A stretch of 64,000 bases of DNA from Myxococcota bacterium (GTDB taxonomy: Bacteria; Myxococcota_A; UBA9160; UBA4427). The position numbers and the translations under genes were made by a program. The notes beneath the pieces were generated by a model. The model worked only from the letters and a program-made list of their open reading frames with translations, did no database searches and was not told the DNA's origin. This document shows, piece by piece, positions 37,860-46,292 of the stretch; within the stretch, counting starts at the first letter, position 1; the number at the start of each line of letters is the position of its first letter. Where the stretch lies: contig OZ252299.1 of the NCBI GenBank assembly GCA_965250285.1, positions 4,256,001-4,320,000 of the forward strand, in the 5' to 3' direction.

Positions 37860-39470
37860 CTACGAGAGCCGGAACCCCTCGTAGCCCTTCGCCGCCACCT
37901 CGTCACACTTCGCCGCATAGGGCGGAAACCCGATGAAAGGCATGAAGACGCGCGGCTTGCCCGGCACGTTGGCACCGAGATACCACGAGTTGCACGTCGG
38001 AAAGATCGTCGCGTCGGCGATGGTGTTGACCACCGTCACCCACTCGTCTTCGGCAGCGAGCTCGGCCTCGATCACTTGCTTGTCGTGCTCGGCCATGTAG
38101 GCGAGGCAGTCGGCGACGAACTCGACGTGCTGCTGGATCGACACCAGCATGTTCGTCAGCACCGACGGGCTGCCCGGCCCCGAGATCATGAACATGTTCG
38201 GGAAGCCAGCGACCTCGAGCCCGAGATACGTGCGCGGCCCGGCCTCCCACTTCTCGCGCAGCGAGAGCCCTTCGCGACCGACCACGTCGATCTTGAGCAG
38301 CGAGCCCGTCATCGCGTCGAAGCCAGTCGCAAAGACGATGGCATCGAAATCCCAGGTCTCGTCGCCGACGCGCACGCCCGTCTCAGTGATGGCGTCGATG
38401 GCGCGGCCGCTGATGTCGACGAGCGTCACGTTGTCACGGTTGAACGTCGCGTAGTAGCCGGTGTCGACGCACATGCGCTTGCAGCCGATGCGCTGATCGG
38501 GCGAGAGCAGCTCGGCGACCTCGGGATCGTCGACGATCTCGTGAATCTTCTCGCGCACGAAGGCCGCGGCTGCCTCGTTCGACGCCGGGTCGACGAGTAC
38601 GTCGGCGTAACCGCCGAGAAACGGCAGCCCGCCGATCTCCCAACGCGCTTCGAACTGCTCGCGGCGCTGCTCTTCCGAATCCTGCATGGCCGCCTCGCGG
38701 CCGGGCGGCAGCTCGGCGCCGAAGCACGACTGCATCTGGCGATTGGCGGCGCGCAGCTCGCCGTAGCGCGCCTTGATCGCCGCCTGCTCTTCGGCCGGAA
38801 TCGGCGCGTTGTGCGCGGGCACCGAGTAGTTGGGTGTGCGCTGGAAGACGTGCAGGTGCTCGGCCTGCTCGGCGATGATCGGGATCGACTGGATCGCCGA
38901 CGACCCCGTACCGATCACGCCGACGCGCTTGCCGGTGAAGTCGACGGGCTCGTGGGGCCAGTCGCCCGTGTGATACCAGTCGCCCCGGTACGTCTCGAGG
39001 CCCGGGAAGTCGGGCAGGTTCGTCGACGAGAGACAGCCCGTCGCCATCACGAGGAACCGCGCCGACACCGAGCCGGCCGAGGTCTGCACCTGCCAGCGCC
39101 GGTCGTCGTCGTGCCAGTGCGCCGACTCGACCGTCGTCTCGAACACGATGTCTCGGCGCAGGTCGAACCGATCGGCCACGTGGTTCACGTATTCGAGGAT
39201 CTCGGGCTGGGTCGCGTACTTCTCCGACCACGCCCACTCCTGCTGAAGCGCCTCGTCGAACTCGTACGAGTACTCCATGCTGGTCACGTCGCAGCGGGCG
39301 CCGGGGTAGCGATTCCAGTACCAGGTGCCACCGACGCCCGAGGCGCGCTCGACGATGCGCGCGTCGAGGCCGAGCCCGCGCAATCGGTGCAGCATGTAGA
39401 GGCCGGCGAAGCCGGCGCCGACGACGACGGCGTCGAGGGTCTCGGGGATCTTCGAAGTGTCTTGGGACAT
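37860..39470 (-). CDS. Type I Baeyer-Villiger monooxygenase
   Basis: VVGAGFAG, GGTWYWNRYPGARCD, fingerprint YRGDWYHTGDWP, IGTGSSAIQ, ATGFDA. Confidence 0.95.
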   Translation of the reverse strand: MSQDTSKIPETLDAVVVGAGFAGLYMLHRLRGLGLDARIVERASGVGGTWYWNRYPGARCDVTSMEYSYEFDEALQQEWAWSEKYATQPEILEYVNHVADRFDLRRDIVFETTVESAHWHDDDRRWQVQTSAGSVSARFLVMATGCLSSTNLPDFPGLETYRGDWYHTGDWPHEPVDFTGKRVGVIGTGSSAIQSIPIIAEQAEHLHVFQRTPNYSVPAHNAPIPAEEQAAIKARYGELRAANRQMQSCFGAELPPGREAAMQDSEEQRREQFEARWEIGGLPFLGGYADVLVDPASNEAAAAFVREKIHEIVDDPEVAELLSPDQRIGCKRMCVDTGYYATFNRDNVTLVDISGRAIDAITETGVRVGDETWDFDAIVFATGFDAMTGSLLKIDVVGREGLSLREKWEAGPRTYLGLEVAGFPNMFMISGPGSPSVLTNMLVSIQQHVEFVADCLAYMAEHDKQVIEAELAAEDEWVTVVNTIADATIFPTCNSWYLGANVPGKPRVFMPFIGFPPYAAKCDEVAAKGYEGFRLS

Positions 39471-39555
39471 CGCGTTGGGCCTCGGTCAGGGATGCGGATG
39501 GGCCGGGTCGGCTGGGCCGAACCTTCATTCTAGACGAGGCTGAGGCGGGCTGCGC

Positions 39556-40308
39556 TCAGGTGGGCACGTACGCCGCCACCGCCCGCTCGAACGCCGGTCG
39601 GCTCATCGCGCGCTCGCCCCATTCCACCAGGCGAGGATGCGCATCGAGCTTCACCCCGGCGGGCGCGAAGCGATTGTGATTCACGACCCACGAGACGTCG
39701 GCCAGACCGTAGGCCTCGCCCGAGAGCCACGGCGCGTCACCGAGGGCGGCCTCGAGCACGTCGAGGGTCTCGGCCAGCTCGAGCTCGGCCGCGTCGACCC
39801 GCCGCTGCCAGGCGGCTCCCTCCTCGGCGTAGTCGCGCATGAAGTCGGCGAGCCCGGGGACGTCGGCCTGATCGAAGAGCTCGAGCTCGTCGCGGCTGAT
39901 CTTGCGAAAGGCGCGAAAGAGGCGGTCGTGGGAGATCACCTTGAACGCGCCCTGAAAGGCGCTTGCTCGGTCGATCAGCGCCTGCATGCGTGCGCGACCT
40001 GGGGTGTCGTTCGGCTGCAGGCTCGGCTCGAGGAACTCGGCCTCGAGGTAGGCGAGGATGTCGTTCGACTCGATCACCACCTGGCCGTCGTGCACGAGGG
40101 TGGGCACGACCCGGTTCGGATTGAGTCGGCCGTAGTCGGTCGTCAGGTGCGCGTGGCCCGGCAGGTCGAGGTGATGGCTCTGCCACGCGAGGCCCTTCTC
40201 TTCGAGGGCGAGGCGCACCCGCTGCGAGCAGTTCGACAGCGCGAAGTGAAAGAGGTGCAGGCCCCGCTTGCCGGGCACGTCGGGGTGGTCGCTCTCGTAG
40301 AGACCCAT
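39556..40308 (-). CDS. Glutathione S-transferase family protein
   Basis: SNCSQRVRLALEEKG, NPNRVVPTLVHDG, ESNDI, YGLADV. Confidence 0.9.
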   Translation of the reverse strand: MGLYESDHPDVPGKRGLHLFHFALSNCSQRVRLALEEKGLAWQSHHLDLPGHAHLTTDYGRLNPNRVVPTLVHDGQVVIESNDILAYLEAEFLEPSLQPNDTPGRARMQALIDRASAFQGAFKVISHDRLFRAFRKISRDELELFDQADVPGLADFMRDYAEEGAAWQRRVDAAELELAETLDVLEAALGDAPWLSGEAYGLADVSWVVNHNRFAPAGVKLDAHPRLVEWGERAMSRPAFERAVAAYVPT

Positions 40309-40333
40309 GTCGTCGCGGCTCCCGCTCGGTCGC

Positions 40334-41248
40334 TCAGGGCTTCGGGGCGCTGCCCCACTGCGTGCCGAGCGCGATGCCCGGGTCGGCGAGGCCGGTCTCG
40401 TGCTCGTCGTTCAGCAGGTCGCCGTCGGTGAAGTGCTCGTGCACATGGCCCCACGGATCCTGCCAGTAGTCGAACACCTGGGCGCCCAGGATGTGCCGCC
40501 CGACGCCTGCGTGATGCGTGTAGCCCGCCTGGGTGAGGACGTCGTGCCCGGCCATCACCGCGTCGAAGTCTTCGACCTCGAACGCGGCGTGGTCGAAGCC
40601 CGGCTCACCGAGGCCGATGCACAGGAACGTGTGGTGGTCGGTGAACGCCTTGCCGCGGTCGCAGCGCATGAACGACAGGATCACGTTCGACTCTTCACCG
40701 AGGTAGACCTCGTCCGACGACACGAAGCCGAAGCGCGACTTGTACCAGGCTTCGCTCGTGCGGAAGTCGGTCGACTTGACCACGGCGTGGCCCAGGCGCT
40801 TGACGCGCGCCGGCCCACCGGGCACCCGCTGCAGCGTACCCTCGCGCGCGTGATCGCTGCCCCGGTTGATCGGGGCCGCGCCCACGACGTCGAGTGATGG
40901 CGGCGCCTCGCGGCCGTGCACGAGCTCGATCGGGAAGCCGTCGGGGTCGGTGAAGCGCACCACCCGGCCGCCGCCGGGCGCCTTCAGCTCTTCGATGGAC
41001 GAGGCGCCCTCGAAGCCGGCCGCCTTCTCGAGGTCTTCGGCCGAGCTCGCCTCGAAGCCGATGCCCGCGAACCCGGACTCACCGAGGTGTGTCACGTGAC
41101 AGTACGGCGAGGGATCGGTGCCGCGCATGTAGAGGGTGTCGCCCTCGCGCGCCGTCACGAAGAGGCCGAAGTCGGTGCCGAACTTCTCCATCGCGTCGAG
41201 GTCGGGCGCCGAGAAGCGCACGTAGGCGATGTCGTGAACCTTGATCAT
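40334..41248 (-). CDS. Two-domain VOC family protein (extradiol dioxygenase-like)
   Basis: RLGHAV, DHHT, DHAAFE, GRHILGAQVFDYWQDPWG..HEH. Confidence 0.88.
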   Translation of the reverse strand: MIKVHDIAYVRFSAPDLDAMEKFGTDFGLFVTAREGDTLYMRGTDPSPYCHVTHLGESGFAGIGFEASSAEDLEKAAGFEGASSIEELKAPGGGRVVRFTDPDGFPIELVHGREAPPSLDVVGAAPINRGSDHAREGTLQRVPGGPARVKRLGHAVVKSTDFRTSEAWYKSRFGFVSSDEVYLGEESNVILSFMRCDRGKAFTDHHTFLCIGLGEPGFDHAAFEVEDFDAVMAGHDVLTQAGYTHHAGVGRHILGAQVFDYWQDPWGHVHEHFTDGDLLNDEHETGLADPGIALGTQWGSAPKP

Positions 41249-41261
41249 GGGGTCCTCCGAT

Positions 41262-42137
41262 TCAGTCGATGAAGGTCGTCGTGGCCGGCTCGTCGATCAC
41301 GCCGTTCTCGAGCTCACCGAGCTTGTCGATGGCGATCTTCACGACGTCGCCCGACGCCAGCAGCTTCGGCGGCTTCATGCCGATGCCGACGCCCGACGAA
41401 GTACCGGTGGCGACGATGTCACCCGGCTCGAGGGTGAACGAGGTCGAGAGGTGCTCGACCAGCGTGAAGCAGTCGAAGATGAGCTCCTTCGTATTCGTGT
41501 GCTGACGCAGCTCGCCGTTGACCCAGGTGCGCAGCTCGAGCGCGTGCGGGTCGCCGACCTCGTCGGGCGTCACGATGGCGGGGCCGATCGGACCGTGGGT
41601 GTCGAAGCTCTTGCCGATCGTCCACGTCGGGATCCGCAGCTGCCAATCGCGCACCGTGACGTCGTTCACGATCGTGTAGCCGGCGATCACCGAGGCGGCG
41701 TCTTCGCGACTCACGTGGCGGCAGCGCCGACCGATCACGAAGCCAAGCTCGCCCTCGTAGTCGAGCACATGCGACGCACTCGGCAGGTGGAAGGGCGTGT
41801 CGGGGCCGATCACGCAGGTGCTCTGCTTGTTGAAGAGCGTCGGAAACTCGGGCGTCTCGAGCCCCGACTCGGCCACGTGGTCGGCGTAGTTGAGACCGAT
41901 GGCGAGGAACTTCGGCGGGCGCGCGATCGGCGCTTCGATCGTCACGTCGGCGAGCGGCAGCGTCGCGCTCGAGTCTTCGACCGCCCGGGCCGCATCCATG
42001 GCCGAGGGGCCTGCCTCGAGCAAACCGAGCATGTCGGTGGGCAGATCGGGGGCCGCCGCCGAGAGATCGACGACGACGTCTTCGCGGGCGAGGCCGATGC
42101 GGGTGCGGCCGTCGTGGGTGAAGGTCACGAGCTTCAT
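41262..42137 (-). CDS. Fumarylacetoacetate hydrolase family protein
   Basis: IGLNYADH, DYEGEL, NDVTVRDWQ, GKSFDT, GDIVATGT. Confidence 0.93.
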   Translation of the reverse strand: MKLVTFTHDGRTRIGLAREDVVVDLSAAAPDLPTDMLGLLEAGPSAMDAARAVEDSSATLPLADVTIEAPIARPPKFLAIGLNYADHVAESGLETPEFPTLFNKQSTCVIGPDTPFHLPSASHVLDYEGELGFVIGRRCRHVSREDAASVIAGYTIVNDVTVRDWQLRIPTWTIGKSFDTHGPIGPAIVTPDEVGDPHALELRTWVNGELRQHTNTKELIFDCFTLVEHLSTSFTLEPGDIVATGTSSGVGIGMKPPKLLASGDVVKIAIDKLGELENGVIDEPATTTFID

Positions 42138-42817
42138 TTCGGGTGCTCCTCATTCGTGGGGCTGGGGTCGGGGGGACCGAGCAGGAGATACTCGACCGCG
42201 CGCGCGTGCTGTTCGACGTGCGCGTCGTCGAAGGGATCGATGTCGGCGAGCAACCGGCACTCTTCGGCCTGATGAAAGATCAGCCCGACGGAGCCGGCGA
42301 TGATGTAGTGGAGGTGGATCGGCGGCAGATCGGGCGGCAGACGCATCGTCTGCCCCGTGCGCGCGACGATCTCGGCGATGCCGCGATAGAGCGGCGCGAC
42401 GTGGGTCTCGACCAGCCACTCGGTGCGCGGCCCCGGGCGCTTGCCGACGTCGTGCATGATGCGCACGAACTCGGGGTTGCGGGCCGTGAACCGCACGTGG
42501 TTGCGGATCATCAGGCGCATCCGCTCGTCGTCGCTGGTGATCGCGTCGTCGCCCATCACGCGCTCGACGCCGTTCTTCAGGTCGGCGAAGGCCAGATCGA
42601 CGGCGGCCATCCACAACTTCTCCTTGCCGCCGAAGTGGTACTGGAGCAGGCCGAGGTTCACGCCCGCCGCATCGGCGATCTGCCGGGTGGTCGTGCCGTC
42701 GTAGCCCTGGGCCGCGAACACACCGAGCGCCGCGCGCGCGATGCGTTCGCGGGTGTCGCTCTGCTCGCGGTGGCCCGAAGTCGGCGCGGCCTGGGCGGCG
42801 GCAGTCGTGGACGGCAT
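42134..42817 (-). CDS. TetR family transcriptional regulator
   Basis: GYDGTTTRQIADAAGVNLGLLQYHFGGKEKLW HTH; start re-picked at MPSTT. Confidence 0.9.
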   Translation of the reverse strand: MPSTTAAAQAAPTSGHREQSDTRERIARAALGVFAAQGYDGTTTRQIADAAGVNLGLLQYHFGGKEKLWMAAVDLAFADLKNGVERVMGDDAITSDDERMRLMIRNHVRFTARNPEFVRIMHDVGKRPGPRTEWLVETHVAPLYRGIAEIVARTGQTMRLPPDLPPIHLHYIIAGSVGLIFHQAEECRLLADIDPFDDAHVEQHARAVEYLLLGPPDPSPTNEEHPK

Positions 42818-42860
42818 GGGAGGCGCGATCGGGAGGCTCCTGGCGGCCGCTTCTCGGGCC

Positions 42861-42912
42861 TTGGTCAAACGACTAAGGCCCTGTTTATACAGATGACCAA
42901 TTCGCTTCGCAA
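42861..42912 (-). promoter_or_regulatory. Sigma-70 promoter overlapped by two TTGGTCA-type operator boxes
   Basis: Minus strand TTGCGA(42912-42907)-N17-TATAAA(42889-42884); TTGGTCAAACGACTAA at 42861-42876 and inverted TGACCAA at 42894-42900. Confidence 0.6.
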
Positions 42913-42970
42913 CGCCTCGGGCGAGATCCGAAGCTCGAGAAGTCGGGCGGCGTTTTCTGATCCAGTCAGG

Positions 42971-43005
42971 TTGACATCGTCTTCTGAATCGTAGACACTG
43001 TCTAC
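42971..43005 (+). promoter_or_regulatory. Sigma-70 promoter with perfect palindromic operator; probably leaderless
   Basis: TTGACA(42971)-N17-GACACT; GTAGACA-C-TGTCTAC (42991-43005) ends immediately before the ATG at 43006; no SD. Confidence 0.7.
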
Positions 43006-43638
43006 ATGCAGCCGACCCCGCCCCACGCCTCTGATGAGGAGCTCGCCGCCGCCCTGCTCGTGCTCGAGCAGGAGGGGCCGGCCGCGCTGAGCGTCGAGCA
43101 CGTCGCGCGGCGGCTCGGTCGGCGCGGCGGGGCCGCGGCGATGCCCTGGCCCGATCCGCACTGGCTGCGCTCGGAGCTCGGGGCACTCGGTTTTCGGCGC
43201 CTGCGCGCCGCGGTCGCCGAGTCGGTCGCCGAGGTAGCGACACGCACGGACGATCCGGGCGAGCAGCTGCTGGCCGCCGGACGCGCCTATGTCCGCACGG
43301 CGGTTCGCAGCCCGCGCCTCTTCACGATCATGTACGAGCGATCCGACGCCGACTTCGCGCACCCCGACCTCGGTCGCGATGCCTCAGCAGCCTTTGCCCA
43401 GCTGCGCACGCTGGTCGAGTCGGTGCAGCGCACGGGCTTCCAGCCCGATCGCACCGCCGACGAGGTCGCCCTGCTCGTGTGGGACAGCGTGCATCGGCTC
43501 ACCGTCAGGTGGGCCGATGCGGCGCTCGATGGCCCCGTCGACCCCGAGATGGTCGAAGAGGCGATCAACCTCGAGATGACCCTCGTGCTCGGCGACTTCC
43601 CCCGAACGCACACCGCCGCCGAGCGAGCGTACGCATGA
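43006..43638 (+). CDS. TetR-like protein (WHG-type C-terminal domain) with degenerate HTH
   Basis: GPAALSVEHVARRLG then atypical sequence; GRAYV, LFTIMY, WDSVH. Confidence 0.72.
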   Translation: MQPTPPHASDEELAAALLVLEQEGPAALSVEHVARRLGRRGGAAAMPWPDPHWLRSELGALGFRRLRAAVAESVAEVATRTDDPGEQLLAAGRAYVRTAVRSPRLFTIMYERSDADFAHPDLGRDASAAFAQLRTLVESVQRTGFQPDRTADEVALLVWDSVHRLTVRWADAALDGPVDPEMVEEAINLEMTLVLGDFPRTHTAAERAYA

Positions 43639-44285
43639 CCGCCGACACGCTGCCCGCGCCGACACACGACTCGCCCGCGCCCAATGCAGACGCGCCGCTC
43701 GCCGACCGTCTCGTGCAGGCGACGATCGAGCTGCTCGCGAGCGAAGGGCTCGAATCGATCACGCTCCGGGCCATCGCGCGGCGCGCGGGCGTCAGTCATG
43801 GCGCGCCCCTGCGTCACTACCGCTCGCTCGCCGATCTGCTCGCTGAGGTCGCGGCCTTCGGGTTTCGGTTGCTCGAACGCAGCCTGCAGGAGGCCGCCGA
43901 GGCCGCGCCGCCCGGCGCCGGCCCGCGCGCGCGACTCGATGCGGCCAGCCGTGCCTACGTGCACACCGCGGTCGCGAACGATGCGCTCTTCGGTCTGATG
44001 TTTCGTCCCGACACGATCGACGTCGAGAACGCGCGCTTTCAGGCCGACTCGATGGCCGCCTTCGACCGGTTGCTCACCCTCGTCCGCGCCGCGCAAGACG
44101 CCGGCTGGCGCACCGACCAGGATACGCGCTTGCTCGCGGGCGTCGCCTGGGCCCAGGTCCATGGCCTCGCCACGCTCTGGGCGAGCGGCGCCTTCCAGGG
44201 CCCGGTGCCCGAGGCCACCCTCGAAGAGACGATCGCCCTCACACTCGATCTCACCTTCGCTGGCGATGCCGTGCCCCAACGTTGA
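43635..44285 (+). CDS. TetR family regulator (WHG-type)
   Basis: TLRAIARRAGVSHGAPLRHY, RAYV, LFGLMF, WAQVHGLA; ATGA overlap. Confidence 0.9.
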   Translation: MTADTLPAPTHDSPAPNADAPLADRLVQATIELLASEGLESITLRAIARRAGVSHGAPLRHYRSLADLLAEVAAFGFRLLERSLQEAAEAAPPGAGPRARLDAASRAYVHTAVANDALFGLMFRPDTIDVENARFQADSMAAFDRLLTLVRAAQDAGWRTDQDTRLLAGVAWAQVHGLATLWASGAFQGPVPEATLEETIALTLDLTFAGDAVPQR

Positions 44286-44356
44286 ATGCACCTGCAGGTG
44301 CGCACGAGACCAACACCCGCGCCCCACATCATCCCCCCAACGAGAGGAATCCAGCC

Positions 44357-45688
44357 ATGACCGCCAATCCCTATCTCGAAGGCAACTTCGGCCCCGTCGA
44401 CGACGAGCTCACGAGCTTCGACCTCGAGGTCGAAGGCGAGCTGCCTCGCGAGCTCAACGGACAGCTGCTGCGCATCGGGCCGAACCCCGTCGCCGCCGAC
44501 CCGGCGAACCATCACTGGTTCATCGGCAACGGCATGGTGCACGGCCTGCGGCTCGAAGACGGCCGAGCCGCCGCCTACCGTCGCCGCTACGTCCGCGACG
44601 GCCAGGTCACCGAGCACTTCGGCTGGCCCGAGGTGTCGGGACCGCTCGGCATCCTCGGTTCGGGGGTCGCGAACACGAACGTCACGCGCATCGCCGGTGA
44701 GATCTACGCGATCGTCGAAGCGGGCAACTACCCGGTCCACCTCGACGCCGGGCTCGAGACCCTCGAGCGCACCGACTTCGATGGCGGCCTCAAGGCCGGT
44801 TTCTCGGCCCACCCGAAGGTCTGCCCCGATACCGGCGAGACCCACGTGGCGGTCTACAACCCGTTCGACGAGTACGTGCACCACGTCGCCGTCGACAAGG
44901 AAGGCCGCGTCATTCGCGACGAAGGGGTGCACCTGCCGCACAAGCCGATGGTGCACGACTGCGCGATCACGCCGAACTACTTCCTGGTGCTCGACTTTCC
45001 GTGCGTGTTCGATGCCGAGGCAGCCATGGCCGGGGCCCCCTTGCCCTACCGCTGGCATCCTGACACGAACCCGGCCCGGGTCGGCCTGCTGCCCCGCACC
45101 GGCTCGGCCAGCGAGATTCGCTGGTTCGATGTCGAGCCCTGCTACGTCTTCCACCCGATGAACGCGTTCGAGACCGCAGACGGTCAGGTCGTGATGGACG
45201 TCGCGCGTCACCCGGCGATGTTCTCGAGCGACCACCAGGGCCCGAACGAGGGCGCCCCGACCCTCGATCGATGGACGTTCGACCTCGCTTCGGGCACGAC
45301 GAAGGAGGAGCGCTTCGACGAACGCGGGCAGGAGTTCCCGCGCCTCGACGAGCGGCTCGTCGGCAAGCCGTACCGCTACGGCTACTCGGCGGCGATCGAC
45401 GATGGCTTCGAAGCCTGGGGCCTCATCAAGCACGATCTCGAGCGCGGCAGCTCGGTCACGCACACCGAGGGCGACCACCGGCACTTCCTCGAGCCGGTGT
45501 TCGTGCCGAAGAGCGAGAGCGCCGGCGAGGACGAGGGCTGGGTGCTCGCGTACGTCTACGACGCCCGCGACAACCGCAGCGATGTGATCGTACTCGACGC
45601 GCAAAACTTCGACGCCGACCCGATCGCCACGGTGAAGCTGCCCGAGCGTGTGCCCTACGGCTTCCACGGCAACTGGATCGCCGACTGA
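44357..45688 (+). CDS. Carotenoid cleavage/lignostilbene oxygenase family (RPE65) dioxygenase
   Basis: NPYLEGNFGPV, GPNP, HWFIGNGMVH; four Fe-ligand His in AHPK, MVHD, VFHP, GFHGNW; GAGAGG RBS. Confidence 0.95.
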   Translation: MTANPYLEGNFGPVDDELTSFDLEVEGELPRELNGQLLRIGPNPVAADPANHHWFIGNGMVHGLRLEDGRAAAYRRRYVRDGQVTEHFGWPEVSGPLGILGSGVANTNVTRIAGEIYAIVEAGNYPVHLDAGLETLERTDFDGGLKAGFSAHPKVCPDTGETHVAVYNPFDEYVHHVAVDKEGRVIRDEGVHLPHKPMVHDCAITPNYFLVLDFPCVFDAEAAMAGAPLPYRWHPDTNPARVGLLPRTGSASEIRWFDVEPCYVFHPMNAFETADGQVVMDVARHPAMFSSDHQGPNEGAPTLDRWTFDLASGTTKEERFDERGQEFPRLDERLVGKPYRYGYSAAIDDGFEAWGLIKHDLERGSSVTHTEGDHRHFLEPVFVPKSESAGEDEGWVLAYVYDARDNRSDVIVLDAQNFDADPIATVKLPERVPYGFHGNWIAD

Positions 45689-45791
45689 GCCGAAGCGAAG
45701 GGGCTCGGCGCCACCCACCCGCCGAGCGACGAAGACCGGGGCCCTGCGCCGCATCTGGCCGAGTGACGCGGGCCGCGCGGTCTGACACACT

Positions 45792-45826
45792 CCCGAATCG
45801 GGCCGATTCAATCGGCCCGATTCGGG
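45792..45826. repeat. Perfect 17-bp inverted repeat
   Basis: CCCGAATCGGGCCGATT-C-AATCGGCCCGATTCGGG. Confidence 0.85.
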
Positions 45827-45838
45827 GAGACCCTTCGA

Positions 45839-46270
45839 TTGGCCGCCGCGTGGAGCTTTCTCTCCCGCCACATCGACTTCGGGATGGCCTGGAAGGGCGC
45901 GCTCTTCCTCGGCCTCGTCGTGTTCGGCGTCAACTACGTCGACCACGGCGCGTGGGCGGCTCTGCCTGCAGCCCTCAAGCAGGCGACCTACACCTACTTC
46001 GTCGCCGGGTTCATCACGCGCCTGGGTGAGAACCTCGCCGTGAAGATCGAGCCGCTGCCGCTGGCGATCGCGGCTGCCGTGCTCGTCCCCAGCATCATCG
46101 CGATCTCGCTGACCTTCGGCCTGCACTCGATGCGCGGCACGCCCGAGCCGCTCTACTCGACGCTCCCCACCGCGATCACGGCCCCGCCCGCCTTTCTGGT
46201 CTGGGGTTGGCTCAAGCGGCGCAAGCGCGACGAAGGCGACGGGGAGGCGCGCGAGGGGGTGGAAGCATGA
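45839..46270 (+). CDS. Hypothetical 4-TM membrane protein
   Basis: Four hydrophobic segments, basic C-terminal tail; start uncertain. Confidence 0.7.
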   Translation: MAAAWSFLSRHIDFGMAWKGALFLGLVVFGVNYVDHGAWAALPAALKQATYTYFVAGFITRLGENLAVKIEPLPLAIAAAVLVPSIIAISLTFGLHSMRGTPEPLYSTLPTAITAPPAFLVWGWLKRRKRDEGDGEAREGVEA

Positions 46271-46292
46271 GCGACGGCGAGGAGGCCGAGGC

